Of a DNA stretch of 64,000 bases, positions 10,268-20,588 are shown in pieces. The DNA is from Blepharisma stoltei ATCC 30299 (Eukaryota; Protista; Ciliophora), in contig CBFDEM010000011.1 of assembly GCA_965603825.1 (NCBI GenBank), positions 124,001 to 188,000 of the forward strand, given 5' to 3'. Under the pieces are notes generated by a model. That model ran no database searches and was not told the origin of the DNA. It was given only the letters and a program-made list of their open reading frames with translations. The position numbers were made by a program, and so were the translations under genes. The first letter of the stretch is position 1. The number at the start of each line of letters is the position of its first letter.

Positions 10268-10284
10268 ATAAATGGCGAAGATAA
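10268..10284 (+). repeat. Target-site duplication, right copy ATAAATGGCGAAGATAA
   Basis: Identical to 9740-9756. Confidence 0.85.
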
Positions 10285-11130
10285 GTGCTTATAACATTAT
10301 TTGAATTATGACAATGGTAAAAAGCTATAATGGAGACTTGGACTGGAATTTTAAAAATTTAAAAATTAGACCGAAATTTGATAGCTTTGGGAAATTAATA
10401 TGAAATTAAAAATTTCAATAATTTTTAATTTAAATTGTTATATTAAAAATATAAAAAGAAAAAGATCACTTAAAACAATGAAATATATAAGAGAAAATAG
10501 GATTAGAAAACATGAAAAATTAAATGCAAAATTATTGTTTTCTTAAATTCTAATCAAAAGAGAGATAAAAATTAAAAAGTTAAATTTGGAATTAAATATC
10601 TAAAAATGGAACAGGTGACTGAATAAGAGGATGAAAAAAAAAGAAGCTACCTTACCTGCATCATAATTACTTGACTAAATCTAAAAAGAATTTTGAAATT
10701 CAAATACTAGTCCAATAAATATTTGAATCACAATGAGAAATAAAAAACAAGTGATTTTTTTTAAATTTGCCTTAAAAATTCGGACGACATAATTTCGAAG
10801 AAACCTAAAATAAATAAAGGGTTTAATTCTAGAAGCCATCACTCATATCTCCCTTTATCAAAGATATAATTTTTTTTTATTCCAACTAAATTTCAAGAAA
10901 TGATGAAGAAGTAAGAAATAAAATTTCGGAATAAGTGAGCAATATATTTAATTCTAGCCAAAGCAATAATTTTCGTATTTATAGTTATTTTTTATAATCC
11001 TTTTTTAGTTAACCCTGTTAACTCAATGTTAAGAAAATGGCCACTCGTAATTGATGACAGTGACACCAAAAAATTATTTTAACTAATAAAGAACATAAAT
11101 TAAAAAATAAATATATAAAAATAAATTATC

Positions 11131-11694
11131 TTAGTGATCTTTTTCGAGGTGAGCTTTTAAGTGATATTTATTATAAAGGAACTTACCACATTTCTCGCAG
11201 GCAACTTGGGTCGATTTTTCATGCACTTGCATAAGATGCATTTTAAGTGCATACTTATTTTTAAATCTTTTCAAGCACGCTTCACATTTTGATGCTCGTC
11301 TTCCAACGCGGTGAATTTTTCCTTGATGTTGCTTAAATCCTTTATAAGTTGAAAATCACTTGTTACAGGCTGAACAGAAGTTAGCCTTACTTTCTTTTAT
11401 AGTTTCTGTGGAAATTTGACCAGAAATTTCTACTTGAAGGTTGCTAACATTAGAAATTGTTTCTTCGGTTTGCCAAAATGCTGATCCTGATAGTGAGACC
11501 GCATTTTCATCACGAGCGCATTCCAATGAGTCTAATGAAAACTTTTCATGAAGTATCATATCGACGAATTTTATGAAATTCATACCGCAAAGCTGGCATG
11601 AATAAGTTGGATTTACTTGCAGGTTGCTTGAATGAACTAATTCCAATACAATTGGTGATGGTAGTTTTTTTTGGGTAACTCTCGACGCTTCCAT
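11131..11694 (-). CDS. C2H2 zinc-finger protein, paralog B, 187 aa
   Basis: Track ORF 11356..11694 reads through TGA: CSACNKW-FSTYKGFKQHQGKIH..CEAC..HLMQVH..CEKC..HLEKDH-TAA. Clearly similar to 8041..8580. Confidence 0.9.
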
Positions 11695-12637
11695 TTTCTT
11701 TTATTCTTAATGGCGAAGTATTATTTTTTGAGAAAAGTATTCTTAAAGCATTTTTGAATTATTTATTGCTTAAAAATAAAAATTATTGTGGTATTGGAAT
11801 TATAATAAGCTCACTGATATTTAAAAAAAACATTTATTTTTGAAATTGCATTGATTATAAAATATTTGTTTTAACAATTTTGCTATTAATGTGTATTAGA
11901 AATGTCACTGAATATATGCTTAAATTTAAAAGCTATAATCTATTGAGGCTCAAAATAAATAAAATTTATATAAATTAACAATAGAAATTTAATTAATATA
12001 AGCAATCAGAAATTTCGAAAATTAATTGATTTTTTTATTTTATTAGGAATTTAAATTATTATTATTATTTTAAAATCCTTAATCCAAGACCTGCTTATAG
12101 ATTTAAGATAAAGAACGTGAAACATTTATAAGCAAGTTAGTTTTAGAATTAACTATAATTGTTAAGTTAAAATTATGCATTGGATGAAAATATAAATGCC
12201 TTATATTTTACTTTTTGGCTAGGAAGAATTCTCATCTAAATAGATAAGCGATTATATTTTATAATCAATATTTTACAATCAATATTTTACATTTCTGCTA
12301 GATAAAATACATGAGGCGTTGATAAAAAATATTATTCTCAATTGAATATACAAAATATATCTAAATATTATAATTCAAAGACATACAAGTACTTATTAAA
12401 TATAATTAATCAATATTTATAGCAATCCATCAAATAAATAATTAGGAAATTTCGCATAAAATTCGTTTTTTAATTCTAATTAATCTTATTTGTGGCATTA
12501 TAAAACCCATTCTAAAGATCAGTTTGGTGTTATAAAATAAAATTAATGAAATTGACAAATAAAATTTCGCGATCACTTAGTGCCTGGCTTCATTAATTAA
12601 AGCTTCATTCTTAATAAATTAATTATTATTTTAGAGT

Positions 12638-14518
12638 TTATCTATAGTCGAACCTCATCTTGAAAAGGAATTTCATTTTGACTTGAGCGACATCGTACAC
12701 AATAAACTCATTATAAAGTAACGATCCTTGAGTATTAGTAGGCTGTCCTGCTCCGGCTGGCACTTTGCATCCTTCTAGGTCTACATAACTTGTCTCAGGA
12801 GGTGCAGTTTTGCCACATCCTTTAGTACTGTGGCACCCTGCAGGCAAATTAGCTGCATTATAATCAGCAAAAAACTTTTCTGAAGGTGTTCCTATTGCTA
12901 CTTGGCACAACAGCATACAGCCGATATTATTATCTCTACTCGTAAAGCAATAGTTCGCAGACTTACTTACCATATCAGCGAAATAAACCCCTTTTCCAAA
13001 CATATATCCAGTTGCTGGAGCCTCTGGTGGAGCAATTCTCAGTCCTTGTGACAAAATTCCTACCCAATTAGTCAGTCTGCTACCATGCCACAATAGCATA
13101 TCATTCCCAATTTTTGTGTTAAATCTTTCGTCTTCCCCATCTTTTGACAATCTGAAAATGTCCAAAACTGTTAGTCCATAGTTATTATGGGTTTGGGCAT
13201 GGGTATTCTGAACATATTGGCTTAAAAGTTGGAATACTGGGTCAGTTCTTTCTATTGGCTGAATTGCACATTTTAGCTTGGCATAGTGCTCGTCTACTGG
13301 GTTTCCTACACTTTTAGTTTCTAAAATATTTGTGGCGATTTTCATGTCAGTCAAAGACTCAATCATTGCAATTTTTTGCTGTAATTTTTCTTTGTTATTG
13401 ATAGTGAAATTTGACATGTGCTGGAAACCGAAATCGTGAGGGATTAATGAGAAAAATTGGCTTGATAGTTGCTCTAGGCTGCCTTTTTCTTTTTTTTCTA
13501 GTACGCTTTCGATTTTTTTCAAAACTTCTAAGCCTTGTTTTAGGTTGTTTGTGGAGAGCTTACCAAGTGGCATTTTTTTGGCATCGTAGCCGATTTCAGC
13601 TAGTACGAGGTTGATTTGTTTTAAGTCAAAAATGACGTTGATTAAGTCTTTTACACGTCTGTCAAGCTTGCTTTCTGTTTTTACTTCTTCTTGACTATCT
13701 TTTAAAGCTTTTTTGGCTGGCTTTTCTTCTTCCTTTGTTTCTTCTTCATCATCGTATACAATTTCTAGCTCAATATAACCTCCTCTTGTTTTGTCTCTTA
13801 ATTTACTTAAATATTCATTTTTTGCTCTCTCTAGGTCTCCCATAGGACCTTTTAATGCATTTTGTCCTGGGTAGCCCACTCTTCCCCATCTATTCCATAC
13901 ATAATATTGGTTTTGTGCAGTATCAGACTGAAGGAGCTGAATAATATAATATTTATTTGCATTGTTTTTTATATCAGTTTGATTCAAAGTTGCTGACCAA
14001 ATTTTAGTTGGCTCTTCAAAGACATGGCAATCTTTGGCCTTTGGGCAAATATTATCAACCGCACATCTTCCTTTGCGAATAGTTTTTACCATAGTTGAGT
14101 CATCCTGCTTAGCTGGAGCTGGATCTGGTTTGTCTGCTTTCTTAGGAGATGGTGGAGGACTAGGAGAAGGGGATTTAGCAGCTTTTCTACCTCTTTTTGC
14201 AGGGAGATCTTTGGTAGTTGCTGAATCTTTTTTGGCTGGAGGTGGTGAAGGTGATTTTTTTGCAGGGACTTTTTTAGCTGGCTTTGGTGGAGGCGTTTTC
14301 TTTCCTTTTGCAGCTGGGGCGGCTTTAGGAGGAGGTGATTGATCCGAATCTGAGGAAGATGACTGGACAACTGGCTTGGCTTTTGTGGCTTTTTTCTTTT
14401 CTTCATCTTCTTTAGCAGCCTTAGCTTTAGTAGTCACTTTAGATTTTTTGTCATCTATTTTTGCCTTTTTAGTAGGAGGTGGAGGAGTTTTATCTTTTGC
14501 TTTCCTTGTTTGGACCAT
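12638..14518 (-). CDS. Poly(ADP-ribose) polymerase, PARP2-like (basic disordered N-terminus, WGR, regulatory and catalytic domains)
   Basis: WNRWGRVG, KMPLGKLS, LLWHGSR, GYMFGKGVYFADMVSKSANY and LLYNEFIVY, giving the H-Y-E triad. First true ATG is at 14518 (MVQTRK). Confidence 0.96.
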   Translation of the reverse strand: MVQTRKAKDKTPPPPTKKAKIDDKKSKVTTKAKAAKEDEEKKKATKAKPVVQSSSSDSDQSPPPKAAPAAKGKKTPPPKPAKKVPAKKSPSPPPAKKDSATTKDLPAKRGRKAAKSPSPSPPPSPKKADKPDPAPAKQDDSTMVKTIRKGRCAVDNICPKAKDCHVFEEPTKIWSATLNQTDIKNNANKYYIIQLLQSDTAQNQYYVWNRWGRVGYPGQNALKGPMGDLERAKNEYLSKLRDKTRGGYIELEIVYDDEEETKEEEKPAKKALKDSQEEVKTESKLDRRVKDLINVIFDLKQINLVLAEIGYDAKKMPLGKLSTNNLKQGLEVLKKIESVLEKKEKGSLEQLSSQFFSLIPHDFGFQHMSNFTINNKEKLQQKIAMIESLTDMKIATNILETKSVGNPVDEHYAKLKCAIQPIERTDPVFQLLSQYVQNTHAQTHNNYGLTVLDIFRLSKDGEDERFNTKIGNDMLLWHGSRLTNWVGILSQGLRIAPPEAPATGYMFGKGVYFADMVSKSANYCFTSRDNNIGCMLLCQVAIGTPSEKFFADYNAANLPAGCHSTKGCGKTAPPETSYVDLEGCKVPAGAGQPTNTQGSLLYNEFIVYDVAQVKMKFLFKMRFDYR

Positions 14519-14895
14519 TTTTATTATACTGAAATGTCGGAAATGAACCAAATTCAGACTTATATCGCTTTAAATGATGCAAAGTGCTTTTTTAATCAAT
14601 ATCAAGAAAATTAATGAACAGATTTCTAGCTCTGCCAAAAATATTTTCTTAAAAAAGCTGAATTATTAGCATTTTACTAAATATTTTTCCGAAATCATTC
14701 CTATTTCAGACTTAAATAACACAAATATTAAGGATTTCTGGGCATATTTTACGAATGATTCCAAGCACACTGGTAATTTATCTGAAATCTTTCTAAATTT
14801 ATTAATTGGTGAACAAAATTGAAAGAAAATTACTGAAAACGAATAAAGGGAGAAAGTTAGCTAAAAACATGAGAAAAATTTATAATTCAAATTTC

Positions 14896-15933
14896 TTATT
14901 TTAGCTTTCTAAACCTTGCTTCTAATGAATCAAAATCATCAGGCACCGGATTTTGAGGTGGAGGAATTTGGGCTTCTGAAGGAGGTGGAGGCTTGTATGG
15001 ATTCTGTGAAGGTGGAGGAGGCTGATATGGATTTTGAGGGGCTGGAGTCGATTTATAAGGATTTGGAGGAGAAGGAGGGGAAGGAGGAGCTTGCTCATTC
15101 TGTGGAGGTGGAGGAGGGGTTTGATAGTTCGCTGGTGGCTGTGAAGGCGGTGGTGGAGGTGGAGGATATTGGGCTTGATATCCTTCTGGAGGAGGTGGAT
15201 ATCCTTGATAACCTTGTGGTGGTGGATATTGTCCAGGCCCAGGATATCCTTGTGGAGGTGGTGGGGGATACTGAGCTGGTGGATAATTTGGCATGCCAGG
15301 ATACCCAGCTGGCTGGGGATTGTACTGTGGGGTATACCCAGTAGGTGGTACAATATTTTGAATATTCTAAATAACTCTTACGTGTCTCACATCATTCTTC
15401 GGTACATAATCTACTCTTTTCTCGCTCGCAATTTCTTGTAGCTTTACTGTCTTCTCTTCTTCAGTAGGGACGACAGCAACTAATTTTGCCAAAACACTTT
15501 TATTGACGAACCCATCTCTATCGTCATTTGCATGCTTGCAGAAATCGATCCCATATTTGCCTGCGAATTGTGCACGGACTTCTATTAATTCAGGGCATTC
15601 ACAACGGCTTGCAGACCATATTAAAGTTTCTATCGCTGCACGGAGGTCTGGAGGCACTGAACGTGATTCGGAGATTTGGCGGATTCTTTCAATGCATTGG
15701 GCACATATAATGCTAATTACTTCAAGAGCGGCGATGTGGTTTTCTGTATTGATGTATCCCTCTACCTTTATCATAGCCATCTCTTCTTGGCCATTTCTTA
15801 GGTAGCCGGCGATCTCATCTTTCAGACTATAGTTACGAGCCATTTTCTTGTTTTTGAGGATTCCTATGCGTGTCACTCCCATTTGGAGATTTGTACGTAA
15901 TCTCTCTGCACTGTAGTTAGGAGCATTTCCCAT
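14896..15933 (-). CDS. IST1: IST1-like ESCRT-III-associated protein, 340 aa, one intron
   Basis: Ist1 domain (TLIWSASRCECPEL...KYG), Pro-rich linker, and C-terminal MIM1-like DDFDSLEARFRKLK. Intron 15367-15381 joins the two track ORFs in frame. Confidence 0.92.
15367..15381 (-). other. 15-nt intron GTAAGAGTTATTTAG
   Basis: Removes an in-frame TAG and fuses the IST1 halves. Confidence 0.9.
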
Positions 15934-16356
15934 TTTTTATATTCGCCTTATTAAAATCAGAAGGAAATGGCCTGAATTCATAAGAAAAACATTAAAAAAT
16001 ATTCAGAATTGCAGGAAACTCATATTATAATGCAATAAGAAAAATTCAGAAATATAATCAATAATATTCTTTAATTAAATTTTATAAATTTTATTTTTGA
16101 AAGACTAGATATTTTGAAACCGATTTATTCCAGAGAATATAGAACAATTAGATTTTTAAGGTAATTATTTCTTTTCTAACGAATTACAAGTTTTTTGATA
16201 ATTTTTATCTTTAATAAATTTATTTTGTTATAAAAAATAGCTTTTAAATAAAAAATCCAGCGATTTTGAATGCTTAATCTTTATATCTTGGGGTGGATAA
16301 TTTAAATTTCTCATACACTTTACAAACACGACATAATAAAGATGGTCCTTAAAATT

Positions 16357-16677
16357 TTAATTACTACCTGTTAAGTGACGATAAATAAACTTTGCAATAT
16401 TTAAATGTGTAGCTGCTCGGCTTTGCAATAGTCTCTCGTACTCAGGCCCTAAAAACTCGACTTCTCTAATAAAAGACGCTAATCCTAATACCCCATCTAA
16501 ATTTTTTGGCAGCGATCTGATCTTGATTTTCTTAGGCTTAGAATGATTTTTCTTTGAGTGAAACCTTCTTATTCTAAGTGCGACAGGCCCTAAAATTTCG
16601 AAAAGATCTCTTAAAATGTCATGTGAACAAAACTTGAGTCGATCAGATTTACGAATAATGGAGAGTGGGCTTTTCAT
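16357..16677 (-). CDS. Small basic hypothetical protein, 106 aa
   Basis: ATG-TAA ORF with higher GC than its flanks. No family recognised. Confidence 0.55.
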   Translation of the reverse strand: MKSPLSIIRKSDRLKFCSHDILRDLFEILGPVALRIRRFHSKKNHSKPKKIKIRSLPKNLDGVLGLASFIREVEFLGPEYERLLQSRAATHLNIAKFIYRHLTGSN

Positions 16678-16975
16678 GCTTGTAAAAATTATTTTTGGGC
16701 TGTAAAATTGTGTTAAAATGATGTCTGATACATAAGAAAAAGAGATTTTACTATGGTTTAATTATTATCTCTATCAGATTTTTATTTTGATTAAAATGGT
16801 AGACAATTACTATCATATCTCTCTTATTATTTTATAATAATTAAAATTAGAAATACGTCTAATAAGTGGACTTTAGTAGGGAAACTTGATGAATATTTTT
16901 GCTATTAAATACGACATTTAATGCAATGCAAGATGGCTTAGATTATTAACACCGCCTAAATCTAATAAATAAATA

Positions 16976-17335
16976 ATGGGTAGAGGACAATTTTATTCTC
17001 AAAGACTTACTCCTTATCAAGGCCAAAAACGATGCTATGGCTTCTTTGAGTGTGATAACTGTGAAAGATACTGGGAAAGTGCCTACAGCTGAGCTAACAT
17101 GGGACAGCAATGCAGGAGTTGTCTAAGTAATGTATATCCATGGTCCCAAAAAAGCTTAGAGGTGATTGGGGTGTTTAGATGTGGAGAAAGATCACATGAA
17201 AAAGAGCTCTGTGAAATGTGCAGCTTCCTAGGATACAGCTGTGTAGACTATGATCTTGAAAGCAATAGTGACTATGATGAGCCAGATTACTCAGAAGAGG
17301 ACTCTGAGGACTCTGATTATTGTTATTACTATTAG
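16976..17335 (+). CDS. 3CxxC-type zinc-finger protein (ZCCHC24/ZAR1-like) with acidic tail, 119 aa
   Basis: MGRGQFYSQRLTPYQGQKRCYGFFECDNCERYWESAYSW(TGA 17090-17092)ANMGQQCRSC...H..ELCEMC..LGYSC. Confidence 0.9.
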
Positions 17336-17396
17336 CTGAAGGGTGATTGCTATTAAGTTTTAATAATTAATATTGTAATAAATATAGTTTTATAAT

Positions 17397-18788
17397 ATGG
17401 AAGATATCTCAAGCATTTATTCAATTATTAGAAGCAAGAAGAACTTACCTAGCAATTTAGCCAATTACATTAAAGAATTAGCTAAAGTATTGCTGAGATT
17501 AAAGAGAACAAGAGAGTGAAATTCTAGTATAGAGAAAGAGTGGTATGAGGAGCAAATAATCACATTCAGAGGGTTATGCATGTCTAGTAATCCAAATTTT
17601 GCAACTATTACGAGTGTTCTTAGAGAAATTGAGGCAAAATTTTTTGAAATTTATGCGAACCCTTTCATTGAAGCTGGAGATAATATATCTGATTTTATTG
17701 AGGATGAAGACAATTTTGACTTAAAATTGTTAAAGATAATGGAGAAAGTCATCAAAAAAGCAATATTTCATGACGGCCAACTGCAAGATTTAAAGAAAAC
17801 AATAAGCTTTCTACTCGAGAAATTAGAAAGCTATTATCTACCTCGAAGCATTTACATTGAATCCCTATTAAGAAATCTTTTAGTCTCAGAAAACAACGAG
17901 CAAGCTAATTCAGACTACATATGAGATTTATGCCATACGCTATTTTACGATACCCAAGCCTACCTCGACCATCAACGCTTAAATATAATCTGCCACAATT
18001 TCCAATATTCCCCTGAAACCCGAACTCTTTTTACCCCAGAACTATTTCCTAAAAAATTGGTATTAAAAGTAACAAGTCCTCTAACAAAATACAACCCAAA
18101 ATACGAAAAAATTGGAGAAGACCAAATATTTTTGCCGCAAGGCAAAGAAATCACTATTTCTGGTCTCGGATTTGAAGAATCGCCTAGGTTTTGCAAAGAC
18201 AGACTTGTAATAGGCGGGAGATTATTAAACGATATATCAGAGCTTGATATTTTGATGGAGCCTGACGATAAAACGCTAAACCATTACCAATTTTTAATTA
18301 TCTGCGCATCTGATGGGTACTATTTAATAGATACCTCAAGCTCTCCGAATTCAGCAAGTATTGGGTTAAGCATCAGTTCTACAGTCTTGGTTGAAGGAAT
18401 GCTGCTAAAATTAGGAAAATTTAAGATAATTAATGTTCACAAAATCGAACCAAGAGGAGATGAAAAAGTTTTTCACTATCAGAGTCTTACTGGAGTCCCT
18501 CTAAATGTAATTCCTAAAGCAGTTATAACAACAGAAAAGCCTTGGGAGTATAAGAGAGGAGACAATATCAATCGTATTGAACTAAGTGTAAGCAGAAGCC
18601 AAGGAGAATTTATCAATGATGGCATGCATTTAGTTTATAATCATAAAAATGAAAATACACTTAGCTGGCGCCTATTAAAGACTTATGATGAGTATACTAA
18701 AGGGCTTCCATCTAAAGCTGTGAAACTTGAATGCGAAACCGGGATTATTTGTGTTTATTCTTGTTTCCTGTTTTACGAAATTAATTAA
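17397..18788 (+). CDS. Hypothetical protein, 463 aa, helical N-half and degenerate FHA-like C-half
   Basis: Two TGA read-throughs join ATG 17397, ORF 17580..17924 and ORF 18057..18788 in one frame. VIGGR..DILM..D..LNHYQFLI....YYLIDTSS resembles FHA strands. Confidence 0.75.
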
Positions 18789-18889
18789 TTTTACTATTAA
18801 ATTGGCTCCATTTTAAACTGAAAATCTTACTGATCTTCCTCAATAGGGACTGAGCAAAGATATCAGCCTTAAGAAATTTACAATTATAA

Positions 18890-19423
18890 ATGCTTACTTC
18901 AAGATTCAGAATCAAGACTTCAAGCTCTATAAAGACCGGCAACCTTTTTAGCCCTTTAGCAAGCTTCATAAAGTCTCTAAACTCAAATGAGCCCAAATCT
19001 AGCAAGAATTCATCTACCAAGTCTCCTAAAACGCCGAGCAAATCCAACACTCCGACTAAAAATAAGGGTCATAAGAGCCAAAACTCAAACGCTTCAGAAA
19101 AGCTCACAAAGCTGACCCCATATCAAGGAAAAATGAGGGCTTATGGGTTTTTTAAATGCCAGGAATGCAACAGACAATGGTCAAGTGGCTACAGCTGGGC
19201 TAATAAAGGCCAGCAGTGCTTGACTTGTGAAATCAATGTATATCCCTATAGACAAAGAAAATTGGAACCAAAAAAATTTAAAAGAGGAGAAATAAGGAAG
19301 CCTCACCAGATAAAGCTCTGTGAAAAATGTCAGGATTTGGGCTATCCCTGCACAGAATATCGCCCTAGCAAGTCTGAAATGGTGATATATAGAGAAAGAA
19401 AAACTCGTTTGGATTTTAACTAA
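18890..19423 (+). CDS. 3CxxC-type zinc-finger protein (ZCCHC24/ZAR1-like), basic Ser-rich N-terminus
   Basis: LTPYQGKMRAYGFFKCQECNRQWSSGYSWANKGQQCLTCEINVYPY...PHQIKLCEKCQDLGYPC. Confidence 0.9.
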   Translation: MLTSRFRIKTSSSIKTGNLFSPLASFIKSLNSNEPKSSKNSSTKSPKTPSKSNTPTKNKGHKSQNSNASEKLTKLTPYQGKMRAYGFFKCQECNRQWSSGYSWANKGQQCLTCEINVYPYRQRKLEPKKFKRGEIRKPHQIKLCEKCQDLGYPCTEYRPSKSEMVIYRERKTRLDFN

Positions 19424-19682
19424 TTCATACTTTTCTATATTTCCAATCCTGCCTGTCTAATTTTATAGCTTGCTCTAGAGTTGAATTAAATAAACTGCAT
19501 GCTAGTATTGCCAAATAAATAGATTTTTCTTTCATTCCTAAAGGAGATCACAATACAATAATCCATATAAAATATTTGTGCCTTTATTAAATCCACATCA
19601 AAATACCTATTCATAAAGCCTTGATTGTTTTCTATTTTCCTAATTTCTATTAATGCTAGAATCGACCATATTTCCTTTATAA

Positions 19683-20426
19683 ATGGAGCCTTGCACCCAT
19701 TACGACAGAGGCTGTGACCTATTAGCGCCTTGCTGTAATGAATTTTACCCCTGTAGATTCTGCCACGACAAAGTGAAATACGAAGAGGAAAAAGACATAA
19801 AAAAATCCCACAAGCTTGTAAGAAATGAGGTCCAAAGTGTAAGATGTAGGTCATGCCAAAATGTACAAACTGCTATACAGAACTGTGAAAGCTGCGGAGC
19901 TTGTTTAGGGGCTTATTTCTGCTCAACATGCAAGCTCTACGACAATAACTTAGAAAAACACATATATCACTGCGAAAAATGCGGAATCTGCAGGATAGGC
20001 CCACAAGAGTCTTTCTGGCACTGTGACAACTGTGAAGCTTGTTTAGCAATCGCCACAAGAGAAAGCCATAGGTGCAGACAAGGCGTCCTAAAGGCAAATT
20101 GTGCTATTTGCCAAGAAGACATGTTTACAAGCAGGACTCCAGCCACTGAGCTTAGGTGTGGCCATTGGATTCATAATAAATGTATGAAAGAAATGTATAA
20201 GCATGGCCATTTCGCATGTCCTATCTGCAATAAATCAACACAGGATCTAACTGAGTATTATCAAGAAATTGATAAACAAATAGAAGCGACTCCTATGCCG
20301 GAAGAATACAAAAATATTGAGTGCAATATATTGTGTAATGACTGTCTTGAGAAATCTACTATTCTTTTCCATTTTTATGGGCTGAAATGTAAGGAATGCG
20401 GATCATATAATACGTCAAGGATTTAG
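19683..20426 (+). CDS. RCHY1: RING finger and CHY zinc-finger E3 ligase (Pirh2)
   Basis: CTHYDRGC..APCCNEFYPCRFCHD (CHY), CTCHY region, RING-H2 CAIC..CGHWIH..C..CPIC, and C-terminal LCNDC..FHFYGLKC..CGSYNT. Confidence 0.95.
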   Translation: MEPCTHYDRGCDLLAPCCNEFYPCRFCHDKVKYEEEKDIKKSHKLVRNEVQSVRCRSCQNVQTAIQNCESCGACLGAYFCSTCKLYDNNLEKHIYHCEKCGICRIGPQESFWHCDNCEACLAIATRESHRCRQGVLKANCAICQEDMFTSRTPATELRCGHWIHNKCMKEMYKHGHFACPICNKSTQDLTEYYQEIDKQIEATPMPEEYKNIECNILCNDCLEKSTILFHFYGLKCKECGSYNTSRI

Positions 20427-20588
20427 CTTTAATTAACCTTTATATTTTGCCAAAAGATTTTAAATTTTTATAGCCTTGCATATTTTTTCATAGATTTTAC
20501 TTGCAAAAATAAATTTTAAAGATTAATTTGTATTATTTTGAAGTAAAAATATCTTTTATATTAAAATAATATATTTATTAATAGAAAT

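Noticed and set aside
12055-12070. (ATT)n run resembling the retroelement tail
   Set aside because: No adjacent ORF, element similarity or TSD seen. It is an ordinary microsatellite.
14034-14406. Alternative-frame and antisense ORFs over the PARP N-terminus
   Set aside because: By-products of Lys/Pro/Ala-rich codon repeats.
14916-15353. Overlapping ORFs 14916..15344 (+) and 14922..15353 (-)
   Set aside because: Shadow frames of the Pro-rich low-complexity IST1 tail.
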